Below are positions 18,155 to 29,097 of a DNA stretch of 64,000 nt, in pieces. A program made the position numbers and the translations under genes. Under the pieces are notes generated by a model. The model ran no database searches and was not told the origin of the DNA. It saw nothing but the letters and a program-made list of their open reading frames with translations. The first letter of the stretch is position 1, and the number at the start of each line of letters is the position of its first letter. Source of the DNA: Croceibacterium sp. (GTDB lineage Bacteria > Pseudomonadota > Alphaproteobacteria > Sphingomonadales > Sphingomonadaceae); assembly GCA_035555595.1 (NCBI GenBank), contig DATMGK010000063.1:7244-71243 (forward strand), given 5' to 3'.

Positions 18155-18943
18155 ATGGATCTGGGTATCAGGGGCCGCAAGGCGATCGTGAACGGAGGGA
18201 GCGCGGGGATCGGCAAAAGCGCGGCGCTGGCGCTGGCCCGCGAAGGGGCGGAACTGTTCATTTCCGCCCGCGGCGAGGACAGGTTGCGAACCGCCTGTGC
18301 CGACATCGCCAGCGAGACAGGCGCAAAAGTGACGCCGGTGGTGGCCGATCATTCCAGCGCCGAGGGACGCGAGCGCATTCTCGCCCTCTGTCCCGAGCCC
18401 GATATTCTCGTCGGCACCTGTGCGCCGCCGCCGATGACGCCCGATTACAGCGCGATAACCGAAGAGCAGTGGCGCGAGTGCATCGACATCTCGATGCTCG
18501 GCCCGATCGAGTTCATGCGCCGTGTGACCGGCGGCATGGTGGAGCGGCGATGGGGCCGCATCGTCAACATCGCCACCGTGGCCGCGAAGTACCCCGCGGA
18601 GATTCGCGCACTTTCCGGCAGCACGCGCGCGGCGCTGACCAACTATGCCGTGGCCGTTTCCAAGGTCGTCGCGCAGTATAACGTGATGATCAACACCGTG
18701 CTGCCGGGCATGCACTACACCGCCACCGTGGATGAACTGTTCAACGCCCGCGCCAAGGCGAAGGGCATCACTTTCGAGCAGGAAGTGGAACAGTTCATCG
18801 ACGAATGGCGCATTCCCACCCGCACTTTCGGCGAGGCAGACGATGCGGGCGCGTTCGTGGCCATGTTTTGCAGCGAGTTTGCCAAGTTCACCACCGGGCA
18901 GAGCCTGGTGATCGACGGCGGATCGACCAATTCGACGTTCTGA
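18155..18943 (+). CDS. SDR-family oxidoreductase
   Basis: The internal ATG at 18155 gives MDLGIRGRKAIVNGGSAGIGKSAALALAREGAELFI, an SDR TGxxxGIG-type fold. The upstream part of the track ORF is antisense to the antiporter gene. Confidence 0.85.
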   Translation: MDLGIRGRKAIVNGGSAGIGKSAALALAREGAELFISARGEDRLRTACADIASETGAKVTPVVADHSSAEGRERILALCPEPDILVGTCAPPPMTPDYSAITEEQWRECIDISMLGPIEFMRRVTGGMVERRWGRIVNIATVAAKYPAEIRALSGSTRAALTNYAVAVSKVVAQYNVMINTVLPGMHYTATVDELFNARAKAKGITFEQEVEQFIDEWRIPTRTFGEADDAGAFVAMFCSEFAKFTTGQSLVIDGGSTNSTF

Positions 18944-18954
18944 ATACGGGAGGG

Positions 18955-19440
18955 ATGAAGATGTACGGACCAAATTACGGCAACGACCGGGCGGAGATCG
19001 AGGACCTGATGGCCCGCTATCTGTTCGCTTTCGACTGGCAGGATCCGGAAGCCTATGCCGGCACGTTCACGGAGGATGGGGTGCTCGATTTCGCCGGTGG
19101 CGTGAAAGTCGGGCGAGAGGCACTAAAAGCCGAAATGGTCGCTTTTGGCGAACGGGAAAGAGCCAAGGCGGCCGCCAGCTTCCCGCCCCGGCGGCACCGC
19201 GTAAGGCATTTCGTGGACAATCTGGTGCTTGAGATCGACGGCGATACCGCGCGCTCCACATCGTACTGGTATGAATTCAACAACGATGCGCGCGCCGGGC
19301 GGCCCTATCTGGGCACTTACGGTCACTATGAGGATGAGTTGAAGCGGGTTGATGGGCGCTGGCTGTTTTCGAAGCGCAAGATTTATAACGAGGAACACGC
19401 CAATATGTGCGCGACGGACCGCAATCCGGTCTATCGCTGA
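18955..19440 (+). CDS. nuclear transport factor 2 / SnoaL-like family protein
   Basis: Starts at MKMYGPNYGNDRAEIEDLMARYLFAFDWQD... The ...GRWLFSKRKI pattern is typical of SnoaL_4-type NTF2-fold proteins. 161 aa. Confidence 0.7.
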   Translation: MKMYGPNYGNDRAEIEDLMARYLFAFDWQDPEAYAGTFTEDGVLDFAGGVKVGREALKAEMVAFGERERAKAAASFPPRRHRVRHFVDNLVLEIDGDTARSTSYWYEFNNDARAGRPYLGTYGHYEDELKRVDGRWLFSKRKIYNEEHANMCATDRNPVYR

Positions 19441-19462
19441 CGCAGGGGGAACGCGCGCAGGC

Positions 19463-19999
19463 TCAGTGACCGGGGAAGTCCATCAGCGCCCCGGTCATCA
19501 CGCCTGCTGCGCGGAGCGCCTGCCCGCCACCAAGATCGGGCAGATCGATGACGAACAACGCATTGTCCACCCGTGCCCCGGCCCGGCGCAATAGTTCCAC
19601 CCCCGCAAGCGCCGTACCGCCTGTCGCAAGCAGATCATCGACCAGCAGGACCAGCTCGCCCGGGTCGATCGCGCCGGAATCGAGTTCCAGCCGCGCGCTG
19701 CCGTATTCCAGTGAATAATCTACGCCGATCGTTGGCACGGGCAGCTTGCCCGGTTTGCGCAGCGGCACGAAGCCTAGGCCGAGCCGGGCCGCGATTGCGG
19801 CGCCAAAGATGAAGCCCCGCGCCTCTATGCCAGCGACGGCGGCAGCGCCGAGAGGCCGTGCCTGATCAACCAGATGATCGAACGTCGCTGCCAGCCCTTC
19901 GCCATGAGCGATCAGGGTGGTGATGTCGCGGAACTGGATTCCGGCCGAGGGAAAGTCCGGAACGGTCCGGATCAATCCCTTCAGCTCGGAAGGACTCAA
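19463..19999 (-). CDS. apt: adenine phosphoribosyltransferase
   Basis: LKGLIRTVPDFPSAGIQFRDITTL and the PRPP motif VLLVDDLLATGGTA. A TTG start at 19999 would overlap the petC stop by 4 nt. The ATG at 20050 would overlap petC by 55 nt, so the start is uncertain. Confidence 0.85.
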   Translation of the reverse strand: MSPSELKGLIRTVPDFPSAGIQFRDITTLIAHGEGLAATFDHLVDQARPLGAAAVAGIEARGFIFGAAIAARLGLGFVPLRKPGKLPVPTIGVDYSLEYGSARLELDSGAIDPGELVLLVDDLLATGGTALAGVELLRRAGARVDNALFVIDLPDLGGGQALRAAGVMTGALMDFPGH

Positions 20000-20841
20000 G
20001 CCTTCTTGCGTCCCTTGACCGACGACCAGACGCTTTTCTTCGCGAACCACGCCAGCACAGTGGCGAAGATCAGGAAGCCAAGCACGGGCCAGCCCGTCTG
20101 CTTACGCTTGATCAGAGACGGTTCCGCCGTCCAGGTGAGGAAGGCCGAAACGTCCTGTGACATCTGGTCAACCGTCGCCTCTGTACCGTCGGCGTAAGTC
20201 ACCGATCCTTCGTGCAGCGGCGGCGGCATGGCGATGTTGAGGTTGGCGAAATAGGGGTTGTAATACAGCCCAACGCCCGTCTTCGAATCCGGGAACTTCT
20301 CCACCAGCTCCGCCGGCTGTTCCTGATAGCCGATCAGCAGCGAATGCAGATAAGCCGAACCGTTGTGGCGCGCCTTGGTGATCAACGAGAGATCCGGCGG
20401 AACGGCGTTGTTGTTCGCAGCGCGAGCGGCCACATCGTTCGGATAGGGCGACGGGAAGTAGTCGGTCGGCATGCCCGGGCGCGTATTGGTTTCACCCGTG
20501 TTGGGATCGATACCGGGCACGGTCCATTCGGCCGCAAGCGCCTTCACCTGCGCTTCGCTGTAACCGAGCTGCGCCAGATCGCGGAACGCCACGAACTTGA
20601 GCGAGTGACAAGCCGCGCAGACTTCCTTGTAAACCTGATAGCCGCGCTGAAGCTGCTGCGTATCCCACTTGCCGAACGGGCCGTCGCTCGAAAGCTTCAG
20701 CGGCTCAGGGTGGAGGTGGAATTCATGCTCTGCCGTAGGCGGCGTGGGCTCGGTCGCCGCCGTATAGGCGCCGATCACGAAGGCCAGCATCACGACGAAG
20801 CTGAAAACCAGCCCGACAGCGATTCCAATGAAACGGATCAT
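19996..20841 (-). CDS. petC: cytochrome c1
   Basis: Heme-binding motif CAACHS, a C-terminal TM anchor, and position immediately after cytochrome b. Confidence 0.9.
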   Translation of the reverse strand: MIRFIGIAVGLVFSFVVMLAFVIGAYTAATEPTPPTAEHEFHLHPEPLKLSSDGPFGKWDTQQLQRGYQVYKEVCAACHSLKFVAFRDLAQLGYSEAQVKALAAEWTVPGIDPNTGETNTRPGMPTDYFPSPYPNDVAARAANNNAVPPDLSLITKARHNGSAYLHSLLIGYQEQPAELVEKFPDSKTGVGLYYNPYFANLNIAMPPPLHEGSVTYADGTEATVDQMSQDVSAFLTWTAEPSLIKRKQTGWPVLGFLIFATVLAWFAKKSVWSSVKGRKKA

Positions 20842-20862
20842 CGTCTTTCCCTTGTCCCGCGT

Positions 20863-22155
20863 TCAGGCTGCCGCTTCGGCGGATTTGGCGGACGCAGCCC
20901 CATCATCTTCACCCAGCACAGACTCGGTGATCGAGAACGGCAGCGGTGCTGGTCGTTCGATCATCGAGATGATCGGAAGAATGACGAGGAAATGCAGGAA
21001 GTAGTATGCGGTCGCGATCTGGCTGAGCATCACATAGGGTTCTTCAGCCGCAGCACCGCCGCAATAGAACAGCACCGCCATGGTCGGGATCAGCCCGAAC
21101 CAGAAGAACTTGCGGAACAGCGGGCGATAGTGGCCCGAACGAACCGGCGACTTGTCCAGCCACGGCAGGAAGAACCACACCAGGATGGAAGAGAACATCG
21201 CCAGCACGCCCCACAGCTTCGCCGGCAGAATGAAATCCGCGGTGAAGGCGCGCAGGATCGCGTAGAACGGCCAGAAGTACCATTCAGGCACGATGTGCGC
21301 CGGGGTCGAAAGCGGGTTCGCCTCGATATAGTTATCCGGGTGGCCGAGGTAGTTCGGCAGGAAGAACACCATCAGGAAATAGGCGATCAGGAACACGCCC
21401 AGCCCGAACCCGTCCTTCGCCGTGTAATACGGGTGGAACGGCACGGTGTCGCTTTCGCTCTTCACCTCGACGCCGGTCGGGTTCGACGAGCCCGGGATGT
21501 GAAGAGCCCAGATGTGCAGGATGACCACACCCACAACCACGAAGGGCAGCAGGTAGTGCAGGCTGAAGAAGCGGTTGAGCGCGGCATTGTCGGGCGCGAA
21601 CCCACCCAGCAGCCAGGTCTTCAGCGGCGGGCCGACCAGCGGGATCGCCTCGAACAGGCCGGTAATGACCTGCGCGCCCCAGAAGCTCATCTGCCCCCAC
21701 GGCAGGACGTAGCCCATGAAGGCCGTCGCCATCAGCAGCAGGAAGATGACCACGCCGAGCAACCACACCATCTCGCGCGGGGCCTTGTACGAACCGTAGA
21801 AGAAGCCGCGGAAGATGTGCAGGTAGATCACGACGAAGAAGAAGCTGGCGCCGTTGGCATGCGCATACCGCACCAGCCAGCCCCAGTTCACATCGCGCAT
21901 GATGTGTTCGACGGTGTGGAACGCCACGCCGGCATTGGCGGCGTAGTGCATCGCCAGAATGATGCCGGTGACGATCTGCAGCACCAGACAGAACCCGGCG
22001 AGAACGCCGAAATTCCAGAAATAGTTGAGGTTGCGCGGAACCGGATAGCCGGCGCCGACCGCATTATAGACGAGGCGCGGCAAAGGCAGCTTTTCGTCCA
22101 GCCAGCGCATCAGCGGCACTTTGGGTTCGTAAACCTTGGCCCAGGGGAAGCTCAT
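20863..22155 (-). CDS. petB: cytochrome b
   Basis: From the ATG at 22155: [30 protein letters not shown]...NLNYFWNFG, with [15 protein letters not shown] and [13 protein letters not shown]. The upstream 71 aa of the track ORF overlap petA and are not cyt-b-like. Confidence 0.94.
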   Translation of the reverse strand: MSFPWAKVYEPKVPLMRWLDEKLPLPRLVYNAVGAGYPVPRNLNYFWNFGVLAGFCLVLQIVTGIILAMHYAANAGVAFHTVEHIMRDVNWGWLVRYAHANGASFFFVVIYLHIFRGFFYGSYKAPREMVWLLGVVIFLLLMATAFMGYVLPWGQMSFWGAQVITGLFEAIPLVGPPLKTWLLGGFAPDNAALNRFFSLHYLLPFVVVGVVILHIWALHIPGSSNPTGVEVKSESDTVPFHPYYTAKDGFGLGVFLIAYFLMVFFLPNYLGHPDNYIEANPLSTPAHIVPEWYFWPFYAILRAFTADFILPAKLWGVLAMFSSILVWFFLPWLDKSPVRSGHYRPLFRKFFWFGLIPTMAVLFYCGGAAAEEPYVMLSQIATAYYFLHFLVILPIISMIERPAPLPFSITESVLGEDDGAASAKSAEAAA

Positions 22156-22171
22156 CGTTCTGTCTCCCGCC

Positions 22172-22741
22172 TCAGCCGACCACGATTTTCGTGTCGGAGG
22201 TGAATTCGTAATCCGGCACCACGAGGTTCGTCGGCGCCGGGCCTTTGCGGATGCGTGCGGCCGTATCGTAGTGCGAGCCGTGGCACGGGCAGAAATAACC
22301 GCCGAATTCGCCCCGAACTTCACCTTCGCCCGCGCCCAGCGGCACACAGCCCAGATGGGTGCAGACACCCATGGTGATCAGCCAGTTGGTGTGGCCCGCC
22401 TTGGTGCGCTCTTCCAGCGTCTGCGGATCGCGCAGGCTGCTGAGCGGAACCTTGTCAGCCTCGGCAATTTCGGCCGGGGTCAGGTTGCGCACGAAAAGCG
22501 GCTGCTTGCGGAATACCGCCTTGATCGCCTGCCCCGGCTCAATCGCCGAAAGATCGATCTCCGTGGTGGATTCCGCCAGCACGTCTTTCGAAGGCGCCAT
22601 CTGCGAGATCAGCGGGACCAACGTGGCAAGAGCGCCGACGCCAGCCGCGGAAACCGCCGCAATTTCGATGAAGTCACGACGGCGGATACCTTCTCCGCCA
22701 TCCGGCGCTGCGGTTTCCGCCGTGCCTGTGGTGATTGCCAT
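22172..22741 (-). CDS. petA: ubiquinol-cytochrome c reductase Rieske iron-sulfur subunit
   Basis: Tat-like RRRDF signal anchor and the Rieske boxes CTHLGC and CPCHGSHY. Confidence 0.94.
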   Translation of the reverse strand: MAITTGTAETAAPDGGEGIRRRDFIEIAAVSAAGVGALATLVPLISQMAPSKDVLAESTTEIDLSAIEPGQAIKAVFRKQPLFVRNLTPAEIAEADKVPLSSLRDPQTLEERTKAGHTNWLITMGVCTHLGCVPLGAGEGEVRGEFGGYFCPCHGSHYDTAARIRKGPAPTNLVVPDYEFTSDTKIVVG

Positions 22742-22904
22742 TGCCCTGCCTTGCCTGCCGACCTTCGCGGGCTGTAACCCTGCGTGAAGCCGAAGATATT
22801 GGACCAGCCGCCCACCTCCCGAGAACCGGGGGGTACGGCTTGGGCGGGCTGATAGACGAGCGTGTCCGCCATGCCAACAGGCATTTTGGCGCTAATTCAT
22901 CCGG

Positions 22905-23678
22905 CTATCGCGTCAGGCCGATCAGCGAGAATTGGCGGCCATATGCAGCCTCCCCCCGATGGGTCGCCCGGCGGTAGGAAAAGAACCGTTCTTCATCGGC
23001 ATAAGTGTCCAGCCCCAGCGCATCGATCGTCGTGACGCCAGCGGCGGCAAGGCGCGACGTGGCATAGCCTTCGAGATCGAATTGCCAGTGCCCCGCCCGC
23101 CCGGCCGTGAAGAAGTGATCGGCGGATTCGCAAAAGCCGGCGCGAAAGCCATCGTCTACTTCGTAGCTTTGACGGGCAATCGCAGGCCCGATCGCGGCCG
23201 CGATCCTGCCGCGCTTTGCACCCAGCCGCTCCATCACGGCCACGGTGTTTTCCAGTACGCCGCCGTGTGCACCCCGCCATCCGGCATGAGCCGCGCCCAC
23301 TACCCCTGCCTCTGCATCGGCCAGCAGCACCGGCGCACAATCGGCAGTGACAACGCCCAGCAGCACGTCCGGCGTGGCGGTGACCATTGCGTCCGCCCTC
23401 GGCCGTTCTTCCACTGGCCACGGCGATTCCACGCACACCGCATCGGGCGAATGGATCTGATAGACGGTCGCCAGCGCGCCATCCGCCATCACGGCCGCGG
23501 CCGCGCGGCGGCGATTCTCCGCCACCGCATCATCATCGTCACCTGCGCCAAGGCCGACGTTGAGCCCGGCCACCGCACCCTGAGAGACACCGCCCCGCCG
23601 GCCCAGAAAGCCGTGGGGAATACCGCCCAGCGCACGCGATCGGATGATCTCCACCCCCTGCGGCACTGCTTCAGCCAA
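22905..23678 (-). CDS. pgeF: peptidoglycan editing factor PgeF / YfiH (DUF152 laccase-domain) family protein
   Basis: GIPHGFLGRRGGVS, TADCAPVLL and AHAGWRG are the family signatures. Confidence 0.8.
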   Translation of the reverse strand: MAEAVPQGVEIIRSRALGGIPHGFLGRRGGVSQGAVAGLNVGLGAGDDDDAVAENRRRAAAAVMADGALATVYQIHSPDAVCVESPWPVEERPRADAMVTATPDVLLGVVTADCAPVLLADAEAGVVGAAHAGWRGAHGGVLENTVAVMERLGAKRGRIAAAIGPAIARQSYEVDDGFRAGFCESADHFFTAGRAGHWQFDLEGYATSRLAAAGVTTIDALGLDTYADEERFFSYRRATHRGEAAYGRQFSLIGLTR

Positions 23679-26325
23679 GGCTGCGACTCACCTGTTCCGC
23701 CGTGTCACGGCTGAGTTTCGGAGCAGCGGCGATCCGTTCCAGCTCTGCCCGCATCAATGCGGCGCGGACCGGCTCCGTCCGCCGCCAGCGGCCCAACGGC
23801 GCGACGAATCGCGCGGCGGTTTGCGGATTGATGGGATCAAGCGCGAGAATCAGGTCGGCAATCAGGCGGTATCCCGCGCCGTTTTCCGCATGGAAGCCCT
23901 GCGGTGCACCGGTGAACGCCATGTAGAGCGAGCGCACGCGGTTGGGATTGCGCAGGGTGAAATCGGGATGTTCCGCCAGCGCCCTGACATGTTCCAACAC
24001 CTGCGGATGGAGCGACTGCGCCTGAATGGCGAACCATTTGTCCACCACCAACGCGTTGCTGCGATAGCGGTCATAGAAATCCAGCAGCTTGTGAGTGCGT
24101 TCAGGCGAATCGAGCCCGGCCAGAACCATCAGAGCGCCCTGCCGGTCAGTCATGTTGTCCGCAGCGTCATACTGGGCAGAGGCCATGCGGGCAGCGAGTT
24201 CAGGCGCACCGGCGGCGAGATATACGAGGGCCTGTGTCTTCAGCTTGCGCGCGCCCCGCGCCTTCGCATCCATGCCGTAGGGGACCGCGCTGCCACGCTG
24301 GTGCAGAGCGACCAGTTCGCTTTCCAATTCGCGGCCCAGCCAACGCTTCAACGCTTCCCTTTCGGCATAGATCGCTCCGGGATCGGCGACCGTGATCTGC
24401 TCGGCCAGATAGGCCTGACCCGGCAGTATCAGCAGTTCACCCCGCATCAGGTCGTCCAGCTTGTCATCAGCCAGCACAGCGGTGAACGCAGCGCGGATGG
24501 CGGCACGACCAGCGCTGCGCTGCCCGTCGTCCAAAGAGCCGGTGGCCGCTTCGCGCAAGTGGCGGACCATCAGATCCTGCATCGCTTCGTACCGGGCGAA
24601 GGGATCGTCATCGTTTTCCGCGAGGAATACGAGGTCTTCCAGCGACACCTCCCGCTCCACCGCGACCGGCGCGGAAAAGCCGCGGTTGATCGACAGTACT
24701 GGCGGGCTCGCGAAACCCGTGAAGCACACGCTCGCCTGTTCCTGCGCCAGCGTGAACAGCGTCTCGCCGTTGTGTTCGCCGGTTTCGCGGTCGAACAGGG
24801 CCAGCCGTAGCGGAATCGGTACAGGCTTCTTGTCCGGCTGGCCCGGCGTGGCGGGCACCTGCTGCCGCAGATGCAGTGTGGTCGTATCGCCTTCGTGTTC
24901 AAGCCGAATGGCGACTTTCGGTGTTCCGGCCTGCGAATACCACAGGCGGAACTGGCCGAGGTCCAGCCCAGCGCCTTCCTCTATCGCCTTCACGAAATCC
25001 TCGCAGGTGGCGGCCTGCCCGTCATGCCGGTCAAAATAGAGATCGGTGCCCGCACGGAACCGTTCCGGCCCGGCCATTGTCCGCATCATGCGGATGACTT
25101 CGGCACCCTTGTTATAGACGGTGGCGGTGTAGAAGTTGGAAATCTCGCGATAGCTGTCGGGCCGGATCGGGTGCGCCAGCGGCCCCGAATCTTCCGGAAA
25201 CTGCACTGATCGCAGTACCCGGACATCCTCTATCCGCTTCACCGGTTCGCTGCCCATGGCCTGGCTGAACAACTGGTCGCGCAGAACGGTGAAGCCTTCC
25301 TTCAGGCTCAGCTGGAACCAGTCGCGGCAGGTCACGCGATTGCCCGACCAGTTGTGGAAGTATTCGTGCCCGATCACGCCCTCCACCGCATCGAAATCGC
25401 CATCGGTGGCGGTTTCGGGGTCGGCCAGCACGTACCGGGTGTTGAAGACGTTGAGGCCCTTGTTCTCCATCGCGCCCATGTTGAAATCGCTGACGGCGAC
25501 GATGTTGAAGGTGTCGAGGTCGTATTCACGGCCGAACGCCTCTTCATCCCACTTCATTGAATGCTTGAGCGAATCCATCGCATGGCCTGTGAAGCGCAGA
25601 TCGCCCTCACGCACCCAGATACCCAGATCAACCTTGCGCCCGCCCATCGTGGTGAAAGTGTCGCGGTTGGCCACCAGATCGCCCGCAACAAGTGCGAAGA
25701 GATAGCTCGGCTTGGGCCATGGATCGTGCCATTCGGCCCAATGGGTGCCATCCGGGCCTTCGCCCTGTGCGTCCAGATTGCCGTTGGACAGCAAGACTGG
25801 GAAGGCATCCTTCGGCCCGCTCATCCGCACGCGATAGATCGACAGTACGTCTGGCCGATCAGGGAAGAACGTGATGCGGCGGAATCCCTCCGCCTCGCAC
25901 TGGGTGCAGAGCATTCCGTTAGAGGCATAGAGCCCCATCAACTGGCTGTTTGCCGACGGGTCGATCTCACTCGTCACCTCTATCAGGTGGCTATCACCGG
26001 TGAGCGGGACGACGAGATCCTGCCCGTCCATGCCCCATGAATTGACGACCTGTCCGTCGACCTTGACCTCCATCGCGGTCAGCCCGTCACCGTTCAGCCG
26101 AATCGTTCCGCTGGCTTCGGCGCGGGCATTGCGCTGCACGGTCAGCGCGGAACGGACCTGCGTTCGCGTAAGGCCCAGCTCGAAATCCAGCGCCACCTCG
26201 GGCACCAGCCACGCGAATGGCACGTAATCCTCCCGCCGGATCAGCAAAGGTTCCGTGGGCTGGGGGGCCGCGTCAGCCATTTCAGGGTTGCCGTCGGGCG
26301 TCGAAGGGGTGCGGGCGATATCCAT
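23671..26325 (-). CDS. pepN: aminopeptidase N
   Basis: 884 aa with the GAMENKGLNVFN and HEYFHNWSGNRVT zinc motifs. It overlaps pgeF by 8 nt. Confidence 0.94.
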   Translation of the reverse strand: MDIARTPSTPDGNPEMADAAPQPTEPLLIRREDYVPFAWLVPEVALDFELGLTRTQVRSALTVQRNARAEASGTIRLNGDGLTAMEVKVDGQVVNSWGMDGQDLVVPLTGDSHLIEVTSEIDPSANSQLMGLYASNGMLCTQCEAEGFRRITFFPDRPDVLSIYRVRMSGPKDAFPVLLSNGNLDAQGEGPDGTHWAEWHDPWPKPSYLFALVAGDLVANRDTFTTMGGRKVDLGIWVREGDLRFTGHAMDSLKHSMKWDEEAFGREYDLDTFNIVAVSDFNMGAMENKGLNVFNTRYVLADPETATDGDFDAVEGVIGHEYFHNWSGNRVTCRDWFQLSLKEGFTVLRDQLFSQAMGSEPVKRIEDVRVLRSVQFPEDSGPLAHPIRPDSYREISNFYTATVYNKGAEVIRMMRTMAGPERFRAGTDLYFDRHDGQAATCEDFVKAIEEGAGLDLGQFRLWYSQAGTPKVAIRLEHEGDTTTLHLRQQVPATPGQPDKKPVPIPLRLALFDRETGEHNGETLFTLAQEQASVCFTGFASPPVLSINRGFSAPVAVEREVSLEDLVFLAENDDDPFARYEAMQDLMVRHLREAATGSLDDGQRSAGRAAIRAAFTAVLADDKLDDLMRGELLILPGQAYLAEQITVADPGAIYAEREALKRWLGRELESELVALHQRGSAVPYGMDAKARGARKLKTQALVYLAAGAPELAARMASAQYDAADNMTDRQGALMVLAGLDSPERTHKLLDFYDRYRSNALVVDKWFAIQAQSLHPQVLEHVRALAEHPDFTLRNPNRVRSLYMAFTGAPQGFHAENGAGYRLIADLILALDPINPQTAARFVAPLGRWRRTEPVRAALMRAELERIAAAPKLSRDTAEQVSRSLG

Positions 26326-26376
26326 TCGCTGTTATTAGGTGCTTTCTCCCCCGCTTCCAACGCGTAGAACGCGCGC

Positions 26377-27177
26377 ATGGCGCATCTGTTCATCTTCGGC
26401 CTTGGTTATTCGGCGAAGTACATCGCAAACGCGGCATCCCAACGCGGATGGCTGGTGACAGCAACAGGACGTGACGGTGCGCTGGATTTCGATGACGAGC
26501 AGGGCGTTCGCACGGCGCTGGGCGTGGCGAGCCATGTCCTCTCGTCCGTTCCTCCCGGCGAAGCGGGCGATCCGGTGCTGAGCCGCTATGGCGACGTGCT
26601 GGATCACCCATGGCTGGGCTACCTTTCTTCGACCGGGGTCTATGGCGATACCGGTGGGGCGTGGGTGGACGAAACAGCGCCCGTGGGTGGCGGAAGGCGG
26701 CACGCGCGCGCCGAGGCCGATACCGCATGGCTCAATCGCGGAGCGCGCGTGTTCCGGCTGCCGGGCATTTATGGCCCGGGACGCAGCGCGATAGAGAGGG
26801 TGGCGGAAAGGCGCGCACATCGCATCGATCTGCCGCAGCAGGTGTTCAGCCGCGTGCATGTGGACGACATCGCCGCGGGCGTGATCGCAGGGTTGGATGG
26901 CCCGCCCGGTGCCTACAACCTGGCTGACGACCTGCCGGCCAGCCAGAATGCGGTGATAGAAGAAGCCTGCCGCCTGTCGGGCCAGCCGCTGCCGCCGCTG
27001 CTGTCGTTAGAGGAAGCCAAGCTCTCCCCACAGGCACTGGCTTTCTATGCGGAGAACCGACGCGTCGCGAACGGGAAAGCCCGGCGACTGCTTGGCTGGC
27101 GGCCGCGCCATGCGACCTATCACGACGGGCTCAGGGCTTGTCTGCTATCGGCGCGTTCTTGCCCCGCAGCGCGATGA
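26377..27177 (+). CDS. NAD(P)-binding Rossmann-fold (epimerase/dehydratase-like) protein
   Basis: MAHLFIFGLGYSAKYIA N-terminal Rossmann-like turn, YGDTGGAWVDE and VHVDDIA are typical of atypical SDR/epimerase family members. The 3' end overlaps the convergent EamA gene by 47 nt. Confidence 0.65.
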   Translation: MAHLFIFGLGYSAKYIANAASQRGWLVTATGRDGALDFDDEQGVRTALGVASHVLSSVPPGEAGDPVLSRYGDVLDHPWLGYLSSTGVYGDTGGAWVDETAPVGGGRRHARAEADTAWLNRGARVFRLPGIYGPGRSAIERVAERRAHRIDLPQQVFSRVHVDDIAAGVIAGLDGPPGAYNLADDLPASQNAVIEEACRLSGQPLPPLLSLEEAKLSPQALAFYAENRRVANGKARRLLGWRPRHATYHDGLRACLLSARSCPAAR

Positions 27178-28054
27178 TCAGGCCCATCATCGCCAGCACG
27201 CCACCGGCAATGGCAAGGCCGGACCATCGATACCCTTCCAGCAGCGTCGAAATGGCCATCGCCACCACTGGCACCAGCACACCGTTATAGGCAGCCCGGC
27301 CTGGGCCCAGTTCGCGAATCAGGTGGAAATAGATCGGGAACGCCACCACGGAACCGACGATGCCCAGATAGGCGACGCCGCCCCAGTAGCGCGGGTTTTC
27401 GGGGAATACCGGCGGCCCATACAGGCCCCAGGCCAGTGCGGCGTCGGCCAGTGTGCCCCACAGCATCGCCCATGCCAGCAGCACGAGAAGCGGCTGCTTG
27501 CGGGCAGCCTGCGTCGCCTGAGCGACGTTGGCCACCGATGCTGAAAGCACGCCGATACAAGTCAGCCCTGCGCCCAGCGCGACTTTCCCCGCCAGCGGCG
27601 CCTCTCGCGCCTCGTGCACCAGCAACAGGGCGATTCCGCCCAGCGCCACCAGAGTTCCCGCCATGAACCGGGGGGTGATGCGCTGGTCCAAAAACACCGC
27701 GCCCAGCACGGCATTGGGCAGCATCAGCAGCGCGAACAGCACCGCGACCACGCCTGAGGTGACGTAGTGTTCGGCCTGATAGACCATGTTGAAGTTGAGG
27801 AAGAACTGCGTCAGCCCGATTCCAGCAGCCAACATCTGGCCGGAACGCGACATCCGAAGGCTGGCCCCACCGATCAACGCCAGGATGAACATTCCTGCCG
27901 CCGCGATTGCGAAGCGATAGGTCACCGACCAGCCCGGAGGCGCCGCGGCCAGTTGATCGCGAATCACGAACCAGGTCGACCCCCAGATCAGCGCGACCAG
28001 CAGAAACGGAAACAGGATGCGCGGCCGCAGCAGCAGGTGCGGCGTGTCGTTCAT
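27131..28054 (-). CDS. EamA/DMT-family transporter
   Basis: About 10 TM helices with duplicated EamA halves. The ATG at 28054 (MNDTPHLLLRP) overlaps the ltaE stop (ATGA). Confidence 0.8.
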   Translation of the reverse strand: MNDTPHLLLRPRILFPFLLVALIWGSTWFVIRDQLAAAPPGWSVTYRFAIAAAGMFILALIGGASLRMSRSGQMLAAGIGLTQFFLNFNMVYQAEHYVTSGVVAVLFALLMLPNAVLGAVFLDQRITPRFMAGTLVALGGIALLLVHEAREAPLAGKVALGAGLTCIGVLSASVANVAQATQAARKQPLLVLLAWAMLWGTLADAALAWGLYGPPVFPENPRYWGGVAYLGIVGSVVAFPIYFHLIRELGPGRAAYNGVLVPVVAMAISTLLEGYRWSGLAIAGGVLAMMGLIIALRGKNAPIADKP

Positions 28055-29058
28055 AGCCCAGCCAACGCGCGGGCAAGCGCCCGGGCATCCTCTTCCCGCG
28101 TATTCCATGCCGTGACAAAGCGCGCCGCGTCCTGCCCCCAGTCATAGAAGCCGAAACCCGCGCGCCGCAGCGCGGCCCGCTCCGCCTCGGTGCAGCTTAC
28201 GAAAATCTCGTTAGCCTCCACCGGATGCAGCAGACGCTCGGCGGCTGCACCCGCGATCTCGGCAGCGGCGGCATTAGCGGCACTGGCATTGGTCAGCCAC
28301 AGATCGCCCTCGATCATCGCCAGCAATTGCGCTGCGAGATAGCGGCCCTTTGATTGAAGGTGCCCAGCCTGCTTGCGACGATAGCGGGCGATGTCTGCCA
28401 GTGCCGGATCGAAAAATACCAGAGCTTCCGCATTCATCGCCCCGTTCTTCACGCAACCGAAGCTGAGCGCGTCCACATCGCCGCACGCCTCTGCCGCAGA
28501 GCAACCGAGGAACGCCGTTGCATTCGCAAAGCGCGCACCATCCATGTGCAGTGCCAAGCCCCTTGCCCGAGCCAGCACGGCGATCTCCGCCAGTTCGGCA
28601 GGGCGATAGCAAATGCCGTATTCGCTCGCCTGCGTCAGCGACAGCGCGTGAACCTGCACCTCATGCACATCGGGGCGAATCGAATCGAGCACCTGCGCGA
28701 TGGCGGCAGGCGTCAGCTTCGCCCCTTCGCCATCGGCCGTGATCAGTTTTGCACCATGCAGATAGAACCCCGGCGCGCCGCCTTCCGACGTTTCGATATG
28801 CGCCTCTCGGTGACACAGCACCGCGCCATGAGGCGGGACCATCGTAGAGAGCGCGAGGCAATTTGCCGCCGTGCCAGTCGCCACCCAAAGCACCGACGCG
28901 TCACGGGCGAACAGGGCCGAGAACGCATCGTCCAGCCGCCCGCTCAGCGCATCGCCGTCATAGGGCGCATCCGCCGAGTCCGCATCCCGCAGCGCATCCC
29001 ATATCTGCGTATGGACGGCGGCAGCGTTGTCGGACAGGAACTGCATGGGCACGGCCAT
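28051..29058 (-). CDS. ltaE: low-specificity L-threonine aldolase (beta-eliminating lyase family)
   Basis: FLSDNAA N-terminus, VATGTAANCLAL and HMDGARFANA..SFGCVKNG (PLP-Lys region). Confidence 0.82.
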   Translation of the reverse strand: MAVPMQFLSDNAAAVHTQIWDALRDADSADAPYDGDALSGRLDDAFSALFARDASVLWVATGTAANCLALSTMVPPHGAVLCHREAHIETSEGGAPGFYLHGAKLITADGEGAKLTPAAIAQVLDSIRPDVHEVQVHALSLTQASEYGICYRPAELAEIAVLARARGLALHMDGARFANATAFLGCSAAEACGDVDALSFGCVKNGAMNAEALVFFDPALADIARYRRKQAGHLQSKGRYLAAQLLAMIEGDLWLTNASAANAAAAEIAGAAAERLLHPVEANEIFVSCTEAERAALRRAGFGFYDWGQDAARFVTAWNTREEDARALARALAGL

Positions 29059-29097
29059 AGTTGGTCGGCAAAGCGAAGCAAGAAGGAGACTGCGCCC

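Noticed and set aside
20212-22203. 663-aa plus-strand ORF spanning the petC/petB region
   Set aside because: It is the antisense frame of two very well supported genes (cytochrome c1 and b). The translation is Arg/His/Glu-rich low complexity, as is typical of mirror frames in high-GC DNA. No recognisable domains are present.
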